A model generated the notes under the pieces. The model did not search any database and was not told where the DNA came from. It saw only the letters and a list, made by a program, of their open reading frames with translations. A stretch of DNA of 64,000 nt, from positions 40,722 to 104,721 of the forward strand of contig CBFHTA010000001.1 in the NCBI GenBank assembly GCA_965658655.1. The letters are read 5' to 3'. Both the position numbers and the translations under genes were made by a program. Source of the DNA: Candidatus Babelota bacterium (GTDB lineage: Bacteria; Babelota; Babeliae; Babelales; CAIQNR01). Below are positions 7,563-17,700 of this stretch, one piece after another; within the stretch, counting starts at the first letter, position 1; every line of letters starts with the position of its first letter.

Positions 7563-9893
7563 TTACATCAAAGTAATTGGCTCTTTAAATGCCACCTTTC
7601 CTGTTGCTCTCATTAATCCCATAAAAGAAGAAAAACTTCTTGTTCTCGCCGCCCAAGCTAACGCGGAAGTTGAATCTGCACCATGTTCTACACAACATTT
7701 TATCGTGTCATAATACGGAAACGAATGATGACGATCTGTATGATTATTATTGTAAAACTCAATTATTTTATTCAAAGTTTTATCAACATCCGCTTTACCT
7801 TCAAGTAACGTCTGAATGATTTTTCGATGAACCTCGTTATCGATTGCGTATCTTTCCGTAGGAACATATCCTAAATAAGCCTCTAATAATATATTAGGAT
7901 CAATTTCTAAGTTCACTAAACGCTCTATTCTAGAAAGATTGCCGAAACCCTTGTCTAAACGAGCTTTAAATAGTCCATTTAAATTCTCTGCTCTATTAAC
8001 AAGCACCTTGACCACATTCGAAGACGCCTTTTCACGGCTTAAAAGATAAATTAACTCCGGCACAGGATTCATACCTAAATCACATTTATAATGATAAAAA
8101 TCTACTTCATTTCTAAAAAACTTTCCATCAAGGCCTTTTCGAGGATCAAACATATATTTCATCATAAAATCTCCTTGATACGTGCTTCTACGAAGTTGAC
8201 TCTTTAAGGTAGGCCTTGCATCTGCACCTTGTTGCATTAAAAAACGTGCTATCTCTTTATTCTTAACGAGTTCATATGTATCCTGTAAATCACCGTTATC
8301 AATCTTTGCTCCATGCTCAAAAAGATATGTAACCATTTCAAAATTATTAATTCCTGCTGCTCCACTTATTCCTTGTGTTGCATCTGCTCCATGCTCAACA
8401 AACAATTTTACTTTCTCAAAGTTATTGATTAAAGCCGCCCGTTGAAGCAAGTGCATTCCTTGAACAAATGCTTGATTAATATTAAATGAAGGAAGGTTTA
8501 GAATTGTTTTAAAGAAAATATCTTTATCTTCAAATTTGATTCCAAAAATATCCTCCAAGTATTTTTTTGAAACAAAAAAAACAGTCGCTAAATAATTCAA
8601 AGCTCCTTGCGCTAGAGGTATTGATTGATTAATGTCTTCATATTCAACTAATTTTTTCACAAATTTGTAAATCCAATTTCTATTGTTTTGAAGTAAAGAA
8701 AATGCTGCATGATCTGTTGAGAATTCCCACAATCCTTCAACATTATACCTTTGATGCTGATCATTAACTGAAATTCTAAGAGAAGGATATTCATCATTTC
8801 TTGCTCCTTCAATAGATACTGTTCTTGTTTGAGTAGAAAGAATATCTTCATACTCTTGTATAGACTGAGCATTACAACCAAAAAGATGATTCATAATTTT
8901 TACAGTAGTATGTATATCAGTTGAAATTTCGTAGTCTGCTTCTTCATATTTCACTCCAGGAATACCTGATACGAGGCTCATCCATTCATTGGCTGCATTG
9001 CTATAATACTGTGTTCCTTCAATGTTTTTATATTTTTCTATAAATACTTTAAATGCAGGTAATACATGAACAGTTGCCGGCAACAAAGACAAATCTAAAT
9101 AGTTTTTTTCTTTATTATATAAAACAAGATTCACAAAAGCCCATAAGGATTGCTCTCCACAAATAGCAACGCTTTGATGATGTTGATAACGTGCAGAAAG
9201 TTGTCCCGAAGGTACTAATTGATCATAATTATTTTTTTTTATATGACTTAGCATTGTAATCATTTCTTCAATGTCCATTTGCTTTGCTTTTGAAAGCGTA
9301 GATGGATCAAATTGCTCCGGACAAACATCAATACCCAACCCCATACTATAGGCTTTAAAATCATCCTCCTTTTGACTTTGTGCAACAGCCAACATAGAAA
9401 ATACATAGGCTCTATCCTCAAGCTTCATTTGCTCTAAAGGGTTGAGCCGTTTTTTAAGAGCTTTTTTAAAATCTTTAAATTTAGAAAAAAACGGTGACTG
9501 TGTACAATGTGTTTGATGCCATGCAACAGTAGCATCACCTGCTATAAATTCGTTTAACTTATTTTCAAAAGCTGCACGAGCAAGTTTTCCTAATGTTACA
9601 GCATCAATGGAATAAAAAGGATTACCTTGCAACGCCGTTTGCCGCAAGCGACCATCAAGACAATGGAAAACATTTCTCGCAAATTGCCCTCTAGGACTCT
9701 CTTCATCGTAAATCTTTTTACCCAAAGTCCCCTCAAGTAAAAGAAGCCCCACTGCAGGAGAAAATGCCCGTTTATCTTCTGGAAAACTATTCAAAGTATT
9801 TTTAATCCACGTATGACGAACACCACTCCACATACCAAAAGCTGGTGTTACACCAAGCATTATCGCTAGTGAAAGTAAAAGTTTCTTAACCAT
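7563..9893 (-). CDS. Secreted protein with C-terminal ankyrin repeats and uncharacterised N-terminal domain
   Basis: Signal peptide MVKKLLLSLAIMLGVTPAFG; ankyrin-like units LQRAALINNFEKVKLFVEHGAD, NFEMVTYLFEHGAKID, IARFLMQQGAD, TIKCCVEHGAD. Confidence 0.8.
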   Translation of the reverse strand: MVKKLLLSLAIMLGVTPAFGMWSGVRHTWIKNTLNSFPEDKRAFSPAVGLLLLEGTLGKKIYDEESPRGQFARNVFHCLDGRLRQTALQGNPFYSIDAVTLGKLARAAFENKLNEFIAGDATVAWHQTHCTQSPFFSKFKDFKKALKKRLNPLEQMKLEDRAYVFSMLAVAQSQKEDDFKAYSMGLGIDVCPEQFDPSTLSKAKQMDIEEMITMLSHIKKNNYDQLVPSGQLSARYQHHQSVAICGEQSLWAFVNLVLYNKEKNYLDLSLLPATVHVLPAFKVFIEKYKNIEGTQYYSNAANEWMSLVSGIPGVKYEEADYEISTDIHTTVKIMNHLFGCNAQSIQEYEDILSTQTRTVSIEGARNDEYPSLRISVNDQHQRYNVEGLWEFSTDHAAFSLLQNNRNWIYKFVKKLVEYEDINQSIPLAQGALNYLATVFFVSKKYLEDIFGIKFEDKDIFFKTILNLPSFNINQAFVQGMHLLQRAALINNFEKVKLFVEHGADATQGISGAAGINNFEMVTYLFEHGAKIDNGDLQDTYELVKNKEIARFLMQQGADARPTLKSQLRRSTYQGDFMMKYMFDPRKGLDGKFFRNEVDFYHYKCDLGMNPVPELIYLLSREKASSNVVKVLVNRAENLNGLFKARLDKGFGNLSRIERLVNLEIDPNILLEAYLGYVPTERYAIDNEVHRKIIQTLLEGKADVDKTLNKIIEFYNNNHTDRHHSFPYYDTIKCCVEHGADSTSALAWAARTRSFSSFMGLMRATGKVAFKEPITLM

Positions 9894-10188
9894 CCTAAAA
9901 CCTCCAATTTTACTCCATTACTTTTTAAAACTATAATATATTATAATTCTATTTGAATTATAGTCAGCTGGGGGTGCTAAGCTTATTTAAGGTTAAAATG
10001 GATTTTACTAACTAAAGATTTATTGAAATTGAACTATTAACATAAGCTCGTGAACAACAAAAAGACCATATAGAACAACATCAAGCTTAATATCCTTAGA
10101 CAAATTTATAAAATATCCTTTTTTAGGATAGCTCGCTGTTTTGAGCCATTTTTGCTATTATGCTTAAATAACTATTCAGAAAGGCATT

Positions 10189-12360
10189 ATGGAAGTACTT
10201 AACGGAACCGTCGATCGTTTTTTATTTCAGAACGAAGAGAGTGGATTTTCTATTTTTGTACTTCAAGTAACAAAACAAAACTCTGTTGTTGTTAAAGGAA
10301 CTGCCCCTGCGTTGCAAGCTGGTCAACAAGTAGAGCTCTCTGGAGCATGGGTTGTTCACCCAAAGTTTGGTAAACAATTCGATGCAAAATCATGCCAAGT
10401 TTGTTTGCCCAGCAGTGCACAAGGACTCAAAAAATATCTTGGGTCCGGTCTTATCAAAGGGATTGGCAAAGTCTATGCCGAAAAATTAGTAAACTATTTT
10501 GGAACCACAGTTCTTGATGTTATTGATCAAGATCCAGAACGACTCAGAGAAGTTCCTGGAGTTGGAGCAAAGCGTGTAGAGATAATTGCAGAAGCATGGA
10601 AAGATCAAAAAGAGATTGCCAACGTAATGGTTTTTCTGCAAGACAAAGGTGCTTCAACGACCTATGCCACAAAAATTTATAAAAAATACGGTGCAAATTC
10701 TATTGCCCTCATGACCGAAAACCCATATAGAATTGCAGAAGACATCTGGGGCGTAGGTTTTAAATTAGCTGACCAAATAGCACAAAATTTAGAATTCGAA
10801 AAAGAATCGGTCAAGCGCGTAAAAGCCGGAATCTTGTTTGCGATTAATAACGCAACAGGACTTGGCAATTTATATATTGAAGTAGACCCTTTAAAGAAAT
10901 CGGCTCTTAGTCTTTTAGAACTTAATGCCGAAACAACACAATCCACACTTAAACGTGCGCTACACGAACTCTATAACGAAGACAAAATCAAGCTGATAAC
11001 ACACCAAGATAAGCACTTTGTTACACTTCCAAAGTTTTACCACACCGAGAAAAACGTTTCTGAAAAACTTAAAAATTTAATGACCCACAAAGCATTAAAA
11101 AGCTTCAATCTTCAGCAAATCTACACACAAATTAGAACGCCAAAAACAGGGCAAGTCGAACTCAATGAATCTCAACAAAAAGGGATTTTAAACTGCTTAC
11201 AGCATAAAGTATCGGTGATTACCGGTGGCCCAGGAACTGGGAAAACAACGCTGGTTAAAAATTTATTGCATGTACTCGATAACGAAAAAATAAATTACAA
11301 ATTAGCAGCTCCCACCGGACGTGCAGCAAAAAGGATGACTGAAAGTACTGGACGTTACGCTCTTACCATTCATCGACTGCTCGAATTTAATATGCAAATT
11401 ATGGGGTTCACCTACAATGAGCAGAACGCCCTTAAAGTTGATTTTTTAATTATCGACGAAGCTTCGATGATAGATATTTTCTTAGCCTATGGTCTTTTAC
11501 GTGCGTTGCCTTTAACGGCCCATATCGTATTCATTGGAGACATTGATCAGCTTCCTTCTGTAGGAGCAGGAAATTTTTTACGCGACCTGATTGCAAGCAA
11601 AGAAGCAAGTGTAACCAAACTTAATTTTATATTTAGACAAGCACAAAACAGTTTAATTACCTACAACGCCCACCAAATAAACAAAGGCGAATTCCCAGCA
11701 TTTGAAGCTCCAAATACGTTTCAAGACTACCTGTTCATTAAAGAAGATAAGCCAGAAAATCTTCCTATGCATTTTAGACGCATTTATCAATCAAAACTAC
11801 CACGGTGCAGAATACAATCTAAAAACAGCATTGTTCTTTCTCCTATGAATCGCGGTACAGCAGGAACACAAAAAATTAATTATGATCTGCAGCTTCTGCT
11901 TAATCCAGAAAATAAGCCGTCTCTGTCTAAATTACAACACACATTTAAAGTTGATGATCGCGTAATGCAAATCCGAAACAACTATGACAAGCATGTGTTT
12001 AACGGAGATATTGGTACCATCGAATCAATTAACCACACCGACAAAGTTTTACGTATTGCGTATCCCGAAAAAACAGTAGAGTATGATTTTTTAGAACTTG
12101 ATGAACTTGTCTTAGCCTATGGGATTTCTATTCACAAAAGCCAAGGGTCTGAATTTGATGCGGTTATCATTCCCCTTTTCATGCAACACTTTACCCTTCT
12201 CCAAAGGAATCTTGTCTACACAGCATTAACGCGGGCGAAAAAGTTCTGTATTATCATTGGACAACCAAAAGCACTAGCTATGGCCATTAAAAATAACAAA
12301 GGCACCGTAAGAACAACGTTTTTAGCGGAATTTTTAACAACGGATCTGGCATGTCGATAA
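10189..12360 (+). CDS. recD2: ATP-dependent RecD2-like DNA helicase
   Basis: N-terminal OB/HhH (HPKFGKQF, GIG), TGGPGTGKTT, APTGRAAKR, DEASM, GDIDQLPSVG, HKSQGSE, YTALTRAK. Confidence 0.95.
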   Translation: MEVLNGTVDRFLFQNEESGFSIFVLQVTKQNSVVVKGTAPALQAGQQVELSGAWVVHPKFGKQFDAKSCQVCLPSSAQGLKKYLGSGLIKGIGKVYAEKLVNYFGTTVLDVIDQDPERLREVPGVGAKRVEIIAEAWKDQKEIANVMVFLQDKGASTTYATKIYKKYGANSIALMTENPYRIAEDIWGVGFKLADQIAQNLEFEKESVKRVKAGILFAINNATGLGNLYIEVDPLKKSALSLLELNAETTQSTLKRALHELYNEDKIKLITHQDKHFVTLPKFYHTEKNVSEKLKNLMTHKALKSFNLQQIYTQIRTPKTGQVELNESQQKGILNCLQHKVSVITGGPGTGKTTLVKNLLHVLDNEKINYKLAAPTGRAAKRMTESTGRYALTIHRLLEFNMQIMGFTYNEQNALKVDFLIIDEASMIDIFLAYGLLRALPLTAHIVFIGDIDQLPSVGAGNFLRDLIASKEASVTKLNFIFRQAQNSLITYNAHQINKGEFPAFEAPNTFQDYLFIKEDKPENLPMHFRRIYQSKLPRCRIQSKNSIVLSPMNRGTAGTQKINYDLQLLLNPENKPSLSKLQHTFKVDDRVMQIRNNYDKHVFNGDIGTIESINHTDKVLRIAYPEKTVEYDFLELDELVLAYGISIHKSQGSEFDAVIIPLFMQHFTLLQRNLVYTALTRAKKFCIIIGQPKALAMAIKNNKGTVRTTFLAEFLTTDLACR

Positions 12361-13046
12361 GATTTTTTTTACTCGTTTCTCTTTTTTCAGCTCCTCTTTA
12401 TGGTATTTCTTTAACTAAGAAGAAAACGTTTACTATTATGCTTGATCCTGCCGGCGATGCTCAACACGCAGGAAGAAAAATTGGCGACTATCTTGAACGT
12501 GGAGCCACTCTCCTGTTTAGTGATGCCTTAAAAAAGAGCATCGAAGAAGCACATAGCGGCATTCGAGTAGTACTTACTCGATTTCCTGGAGAAACAATTC
12601 AGCCTCGACAAAATGCCTCGTTCGCTAATCGACTTGATGTAGATTTATACCTTAGCCTGCATTTTTTCAAACAAACAACCCGTAAATCTTTACTCCATCT
12701 TTTCTTTTTTTGTTTAGACGCTACTACCGATTTTTGGTCTGACCAAGCTCCAAAATTAGCTTTTATAAAATCAAGTAAAATCCACAAACAATCTATTAGA
12801 ACAAGCAAATCCTGGGCACAAGTGCTCTTTGAAAATATGCAGCCATATAATAAAAGTTTTGACACTTCTAAACCTTTGGGAATTCCTTTTAAACCATTAC
12901 ATGGACTTAAAGCACCAAGCATAGGTATAGAGGCCAGTCTAACAAATCCAGAAGAATGGCAGCGCTATATTCAACCGATTACCGATGGTATCGGTACAAT
13001 TATTGCACAGAGAAGAAAGGAAAGTAGTCGTGGAATTTTCTCTTAA
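12351..13046 (+). CDS. N-acetylmuramoyl-L-alanine amidase family 3 (AmiC-like), atypical active site
   Basis: IMLDPAG, E..L, VVLTR, FANRLDVDLYLSLH, PSIGIE; signal peptide. Confidence 0.8.
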   Translation: MSIRFFLLVSLFSAPLYGISLTKKKTFTIMLDPAGDAQHAGRKIGDYLERGATLLFSDALKKSIEEAHSGIRVVLTRFPGETIQPRQNASFANRLDVDLYLSLHFFKQTTRKSLLHLFFFCLDATTDFWSDQAPKLAFIKSSKIHKQSIRTSKSWAQVLFENMQPYNKSFDTSKPLGIPFKPLHGLKAPSIGIEASLTNPEEWQRYIQPITDGIGTIIAQRRKESSRGIFS

Positions 13047-13578
13047 TTACAAAACGTTTATTGCTTCTGCTGCTTTCTGTATTGGAGTAACTGTTTTTAT
13101 GATTTCTAATAGATGGCTCATCATTCATTTAAACACCGGGCAATCTACTATTGATAAAAAAACTTTAGCAATAGAGAAAAAGCCACTCCGCCTTTATTTT
13201 TGGAAAGAAGACGCATGGCACTATGAAGATACCGAGCTCCTCTGGTCTGAAGATGTAGCAGATACATTAAAATATAGCGCTAACCGATGGCTTTCTTTAC
13301 TTGATGAAGAGAACCTTCATTCAAAAAAAGTAGTTACACAAAGCGTCTCTCTTTCTCCATCAGGCACAATTGCCTATCTCTCTTTAGATCGCTATCCATT
13401 TGAAAACGAATCATCTACCTATGAAAAATATATGTTTATAGAAGGATTACTAAAGACGCTACGAGCACAACAAATGGCTGTAACACATATTTGTTTCCTG
13501 GTTCACCACAAACCATTGAATGATTATCACTTAGACTTCTCTCATCCCTGGCCAATCAAAAGTTTTTTTCAAGAGTAA
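13030..13578 (+). CDS. GerMN-like domain membrane-anchored protein
   Basis: N-terminal TM, LRLYFW, AYLSLD, EKYMFIEGLLKTL, HLDFSHP; downstream of amidase; GTG start at 13030 inferred. Confidence 0.6.
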   Translation: MEFSLNYKTFIASAAFCIGVTVFMISNRWLIIHLNTGQSTIDKKTLAIEKKPLRLYFWKEDAWHYEDTELLWSEDVADTLKYSANRWLSLLDEENLHSKKVVTQSVSLSPSGTIAYLSLDRYPFENESSTYEKYMFIEGLLKTLRAQQMAVTHICFLVHHKPLNDYHLDFSHPWPIKSFFQE

Positions 13579-13688
13579 ATGCAAGCCTACCAATCTTTTC
13601 TCCTAATGCCAAAATTACCCTCTAGATTTTTAAAAAATACCATGCTAGTTTCTACTCAAGTTTAACCTTTTTCATAGAGGAGAATGTC

Positions 13689-14207
13689 ATGAAAAAGTAT
13701 ATTCTTCTGCTCGCCAGTCTTACAGGTACTGCCCAAGCAAAAGAACTCAATTCAACTTCGTTGTGGAATAAACAATATCGTATCAATCAATTGAGCTCAT
13801 CAGATAAGAATGCCTTAGCAACAGGATTGTATAATCTAATGAAAGAGAAAGGAAACGAAAAGACTACGCCCTCTAAAGTAAGTCAGTTCTACGAAATTAC
13901 GGCAGAAACCTGTCATTACACCTGCAGAAATGCTTTTCAAAAAGTGTTTGATAAAACAGTAACACGCTCTCATAACCATGACAAGAAAGCTTCTGTATGG
14001 GTAGAAAGCGTAAGACCCTACTATGCCGACATAGTAAAACAACTTACCGAAGATGAAATGATTATTTCATTCGGCGCAGATCGTGGTAAAAAATTTCCAA
14101 CTACAGAAATTGAACTGGATAGAGTATTAAATCCTCGTCCTCGTAGAAAAGTAACTACTGTGTTCCATATAAACACACCTGGTTTTTCTATGCATGTTCA
14201 AATGTAG
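13689..14207 (+). CDS. Secreted hypothetical protein
   Basis: RBS gaggag; MKKYILLLASLTGTAQA signal peptide. Confidence 0.75.
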   Translation: MKKYILLLASLTGTAQAKELNSTSLWNKQYRINQLSSSDKNALATGLYNLMKEKGNEKTTPSKVSQFYEITAETCHYTCRNAFQKVFDKTVTRSHNHDKKASVWVESVRPYYADIVKQLTEDEMIISFGADRGKKFPTTEIELDRVLNPRPRRKVTTVFHINTPGFSMHVQM

Positions 14208-14226
14208 TCCTCAACTATTAGACAAC

Positions 14227-14256
14227 AAAAAAAGGCCTCGTAACTGAGGCCTTTTT
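14227..14256. terminator. Bidirectional intrinsic terminator
   Basis: A-tract, GGCCTC-gtaact-GAGGCC stem-loop, T-tract, between convergent genes. Confidence 0.85.
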
Positions 14257-14311
14257 ACTTTTTAAATAAACTTCTATATATCTTCATAGATGACTCGAAA
14301 CCACTCTTCAA

Positions 14312-14692
14312 CTAGCGCTTTTTTTCTCCTGTACTTACTGTACACCCTTCAAGAATAGCACGCATAGCTTCGTGAAAATTTATAACTTTTTGATACTGTT
14401 TTTTACAGGGTCCATTGTCTATATAGTTTTGACTCCTACCTTCTTTTTCAAAGGGAGCGCCACATTGTGCATATTCACCATAAGCATCCCAATGGTCAAC
14501 AACCAAGTTCGTATTAAGCCTGCTTTGAACACAAGAAACACTCGTACCGCGCATTTCAGCAGGATTGATTTCTTGCTCCCAACGAGCCCATAACAATATT
14601 GTACGAGCTATTACATTGGCATCTGCCGCATAAAATGTGCTTGAAAAAAGTGTTCCTGCCACAGCAAGAGTAAAAAGTAATTTTTTATTCAT
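14312..14692 (-). CDS. Small secreted Cys-containing hypothetical protein
   Basis: MNKKLLFTLAVAGTLFSSTFYA signal peptide; 4 Cys in the mature part. Confidence 0.7.
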   Translation of the reverse strand: MNKKLLFTLAVAGTLFSSTFYAADANVIARTILLWARWEQEINPAEMRGTSVSCVQSRLNTNLVVDHWDAYGEYAQCGAPFEKEGRSQNYIDNGPCKKQYQKVINFHEAMRAILEGCTVSTGEKKR

Positions 14693-14783
14693 AACAACCT
14701 TCGATAGTATTATTCAGAGAGATTAATAATCTAAAAAGAATTATATCAAAACAACTATTAAGAATAAAAAACACTTTGTAAAT

Positions 14784-17700
14784 TTATTTTTCTGGAAACT
14801 CGTCACCAGGAAGATCGGCATCTTCTGGTTTAACCCGAGAACCATCAAGATACTGTTGATCTCTAGATTCACCCATCATACGAATAACGCGCACAGGAAA
14901 AGCAATTTCTATATTATTGTCGTGCAGAAACTTAACAATTGCTAGGCGAACATCACTAGCGATAATCCATTGTTGAAGCGTCATTTCTGAACTAATATAA
15001 CCACGTATCATAAAGATATAACCAGAAGGTCCAAATTCTTCTAAACGAACAATGGGCGGTGGAGTTTTAAGTACATTATTAACACTTTTAACTGCTTGAA
15101 ATAAAACGTCTTTTGTTTTTTGAGGGTCTGCAGCATAACGAATGCCTACAACAATATCAGGAAAGGTAATAAACCCACTACTATAATCCCAGTTCATAAT
15201 AACATCTTGCATCAGCTTATTATTGGGGATTACTAAATAAAAACTTCTCTTCCTGCGAATAATAACTGCTCGTGGAGTAATTTTTCTTACAACTCCACTG
15301 ACATCATCACTAAGTTTAATATAATCACCAACTTTTAAAGGTCGCTGAATAAGCAAAATGAAATATGCAATAAAATCATTAAATACTTCTCGTAAAGCAA
15401 AACCCATACCTACAAGGAGCGGTAAGATATAGTACAGAACAAGGAATCCAAAACCTTCGTGAATTAAGCCAATGGTAATAACAATAATTACAACAAAATA
15501 ATAAAGAATGGTTGAAACGGCATTGTGTACTCCTGGATCTACCAATAGAACACTAAAAATACGATCGACAATAAAACGATCTATTAAATGGCCTACCATA
15601 AATGCAAGGGGGATAAAGAAAATAGTTCGGGCAAGATCAAAAATGCTTACATTATGATATTTACCCTCTGTAAACCCTACAAGAAAACGTTTTTCTACAA
15701 AGAAACCGCCAATTGAGTCTAGCGGAATTGCTTTGCCCCAGAACCAAGCGATACCCCATAAACCAATAAGTAAAAAGAGGATAAATAAGAAAACAACAGT
15801 GAGCCCATAAAATGTTTTTGAATTATCAAACCGTTGATTAAGTGTTTCTCCATCAGAAGCAAAAAAGATATAAGAAGAAATACGGCGACAAAAACCATAG
15901 GCAACAAACAAAGAACGACCAACCAGAAGAGTACCGAAAAGTCCCCAAAAGAAATACGCAACCAAGTTATCGTATCCACCAATATGTGGATCACTCAAAA
16001 CCATAACGGTAATGATAATAACCAAAATCGTATAATAATACTGGTCTACTAAGCGCCAACATAATCCACCTATTTCTGACTTAGACGGAATAACACTGAG
16101 CAAATCTTCTTTTCTAATAAGCGATAACAAAAGAATGCGAACAATAATCGAATAGAAAGCCAGCAAGACACTCGGCAATTCTGATTTAGTATAGGTAGCA
16201 AGAATGAAAGCTTCTCTGAAAAAAAGAATAACAACAGAAGTATATAAAAAAGTGCACCCTACAAAATGTAACCGTGGAACAAAATGATCAGGAAAAAGTT
16301 CATATTCATGCTCTTTATTAAAGGCAATAACAAAGTGAATAAACCGATTAGAAAGATACAGAAGATAGGGAATAGAAAAGAGGAAAAACAGGACAGCAGG
16401 GTACGTTTCTGTAACCGAATTCATCCCTACCGAAAAGAATAAAAAGAACCAAATATAAAGCAAAATAAGGTGCTTTGAAACAAATTCTATACATAGCGCA
16501 AGAATACGACTGAAAACAAATGCTCCGCGATATTCAGTTCCAGCGTTTATAAAAAAACGGCTCAAAGAAGGCAAGTAGCGCTGCAACAAGAAAAAAAACA
16601 AAAAGATAAGAAAAAGTTTCCATAAAATAATAATCAACTGTATAGGGTTATGAAGAACATTAAGTATCTTACGACTCTTAATATAAAGTTTAAATCCAGA
16701 AAGATATGAAGAACCAAGCGTGCGAACGTCAATAAGAAAGCCTGTCATATCAGGAACAATATTGGTTAATCCTTCTTTAGAAATTGCACCCCCAGAACGA
16801 TGCCACAAACTTACTCGCTGTAGCTCTGCAATCATACTTTTAATTTCTTTGATTTCTCCACTATAAGATACAAGGAGCTTTGAGTAAGCTTCAATAATGC
16901 GCCCTGTATATTCAATCTGCTTAGAAACCTGTGTTTGGGCTTTTGCAAGATACAGCTCACATTTATTGTATTTAGCTTCTTCACCTTTAAACCACTTACT
17001 ACGTTTTGCCTTTAACGTAATTTGATGATTTTTAATATTTGTAAGCGCTTTATTCTGTAAACTTAACCTATTAGTCGCCGAAGCCCGTTTATCTTCATAA
17101 ATAGATTGTTCACGTAATAACTCGGCCACTGAAGTTTGGTAATCAACGATTTCTTTATTAAGCTCTTCACTTGATTTAAATTGCTGATGTTTAATTTTAT
17201 ACCACGACTCTACAACACGTAAGGCGTATTCATGTTCTTTAAATAATACTTTTGCTAAAGCCGTTTGTGCCTTATTGAAATCAATTTTAATACTAATCAG
17301 CTGCACTTCATCATTTTTAAACCCTCGCTCTGCAAGCGCTAAGAAGCTACTTGCATTATTAGGAACGCTGATCCATTCATTAAGATTAGTAATTGAGTAG
17401 TCTTTATCAGGATATTTTATTTCTAACTCTTCAAGTTGTTTTTTAATCTTTTCTTCGATCGTAGAGAGCTTTTCTATCTGCTGTAAATAAGTATCAGTCT
17501 TATTGAGGTACTCTTGTTTTTCTTTTTTTATACGCTCTGTAACTGTTGCAATATCTTTTTGATCAACACGTAAAGACATCCGAACAATAAAGTCTTTTTG
17601 AACACGAAAAGCGTTAAGTGCTTTTTGCTGAAATCCTTCTTTTTCTTCAATAAGAGCTAGCTTTGCTGTTTTTTCTTTAACCTGAAGCTCTGAAAATTCT

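Noticed and set aside
9960..10090. Possible gene remnant MDFTN*RFIEIELLT*AREQQKDHIEQHQA*
   Set aside because: Too short and stop-rich to tell from intergenic sequence
10189..12360. Helicase as part of an anti-phage system
   Set aside because: Standard RecD2 architecture with cell-wall gene neighbours and no nuclease partner
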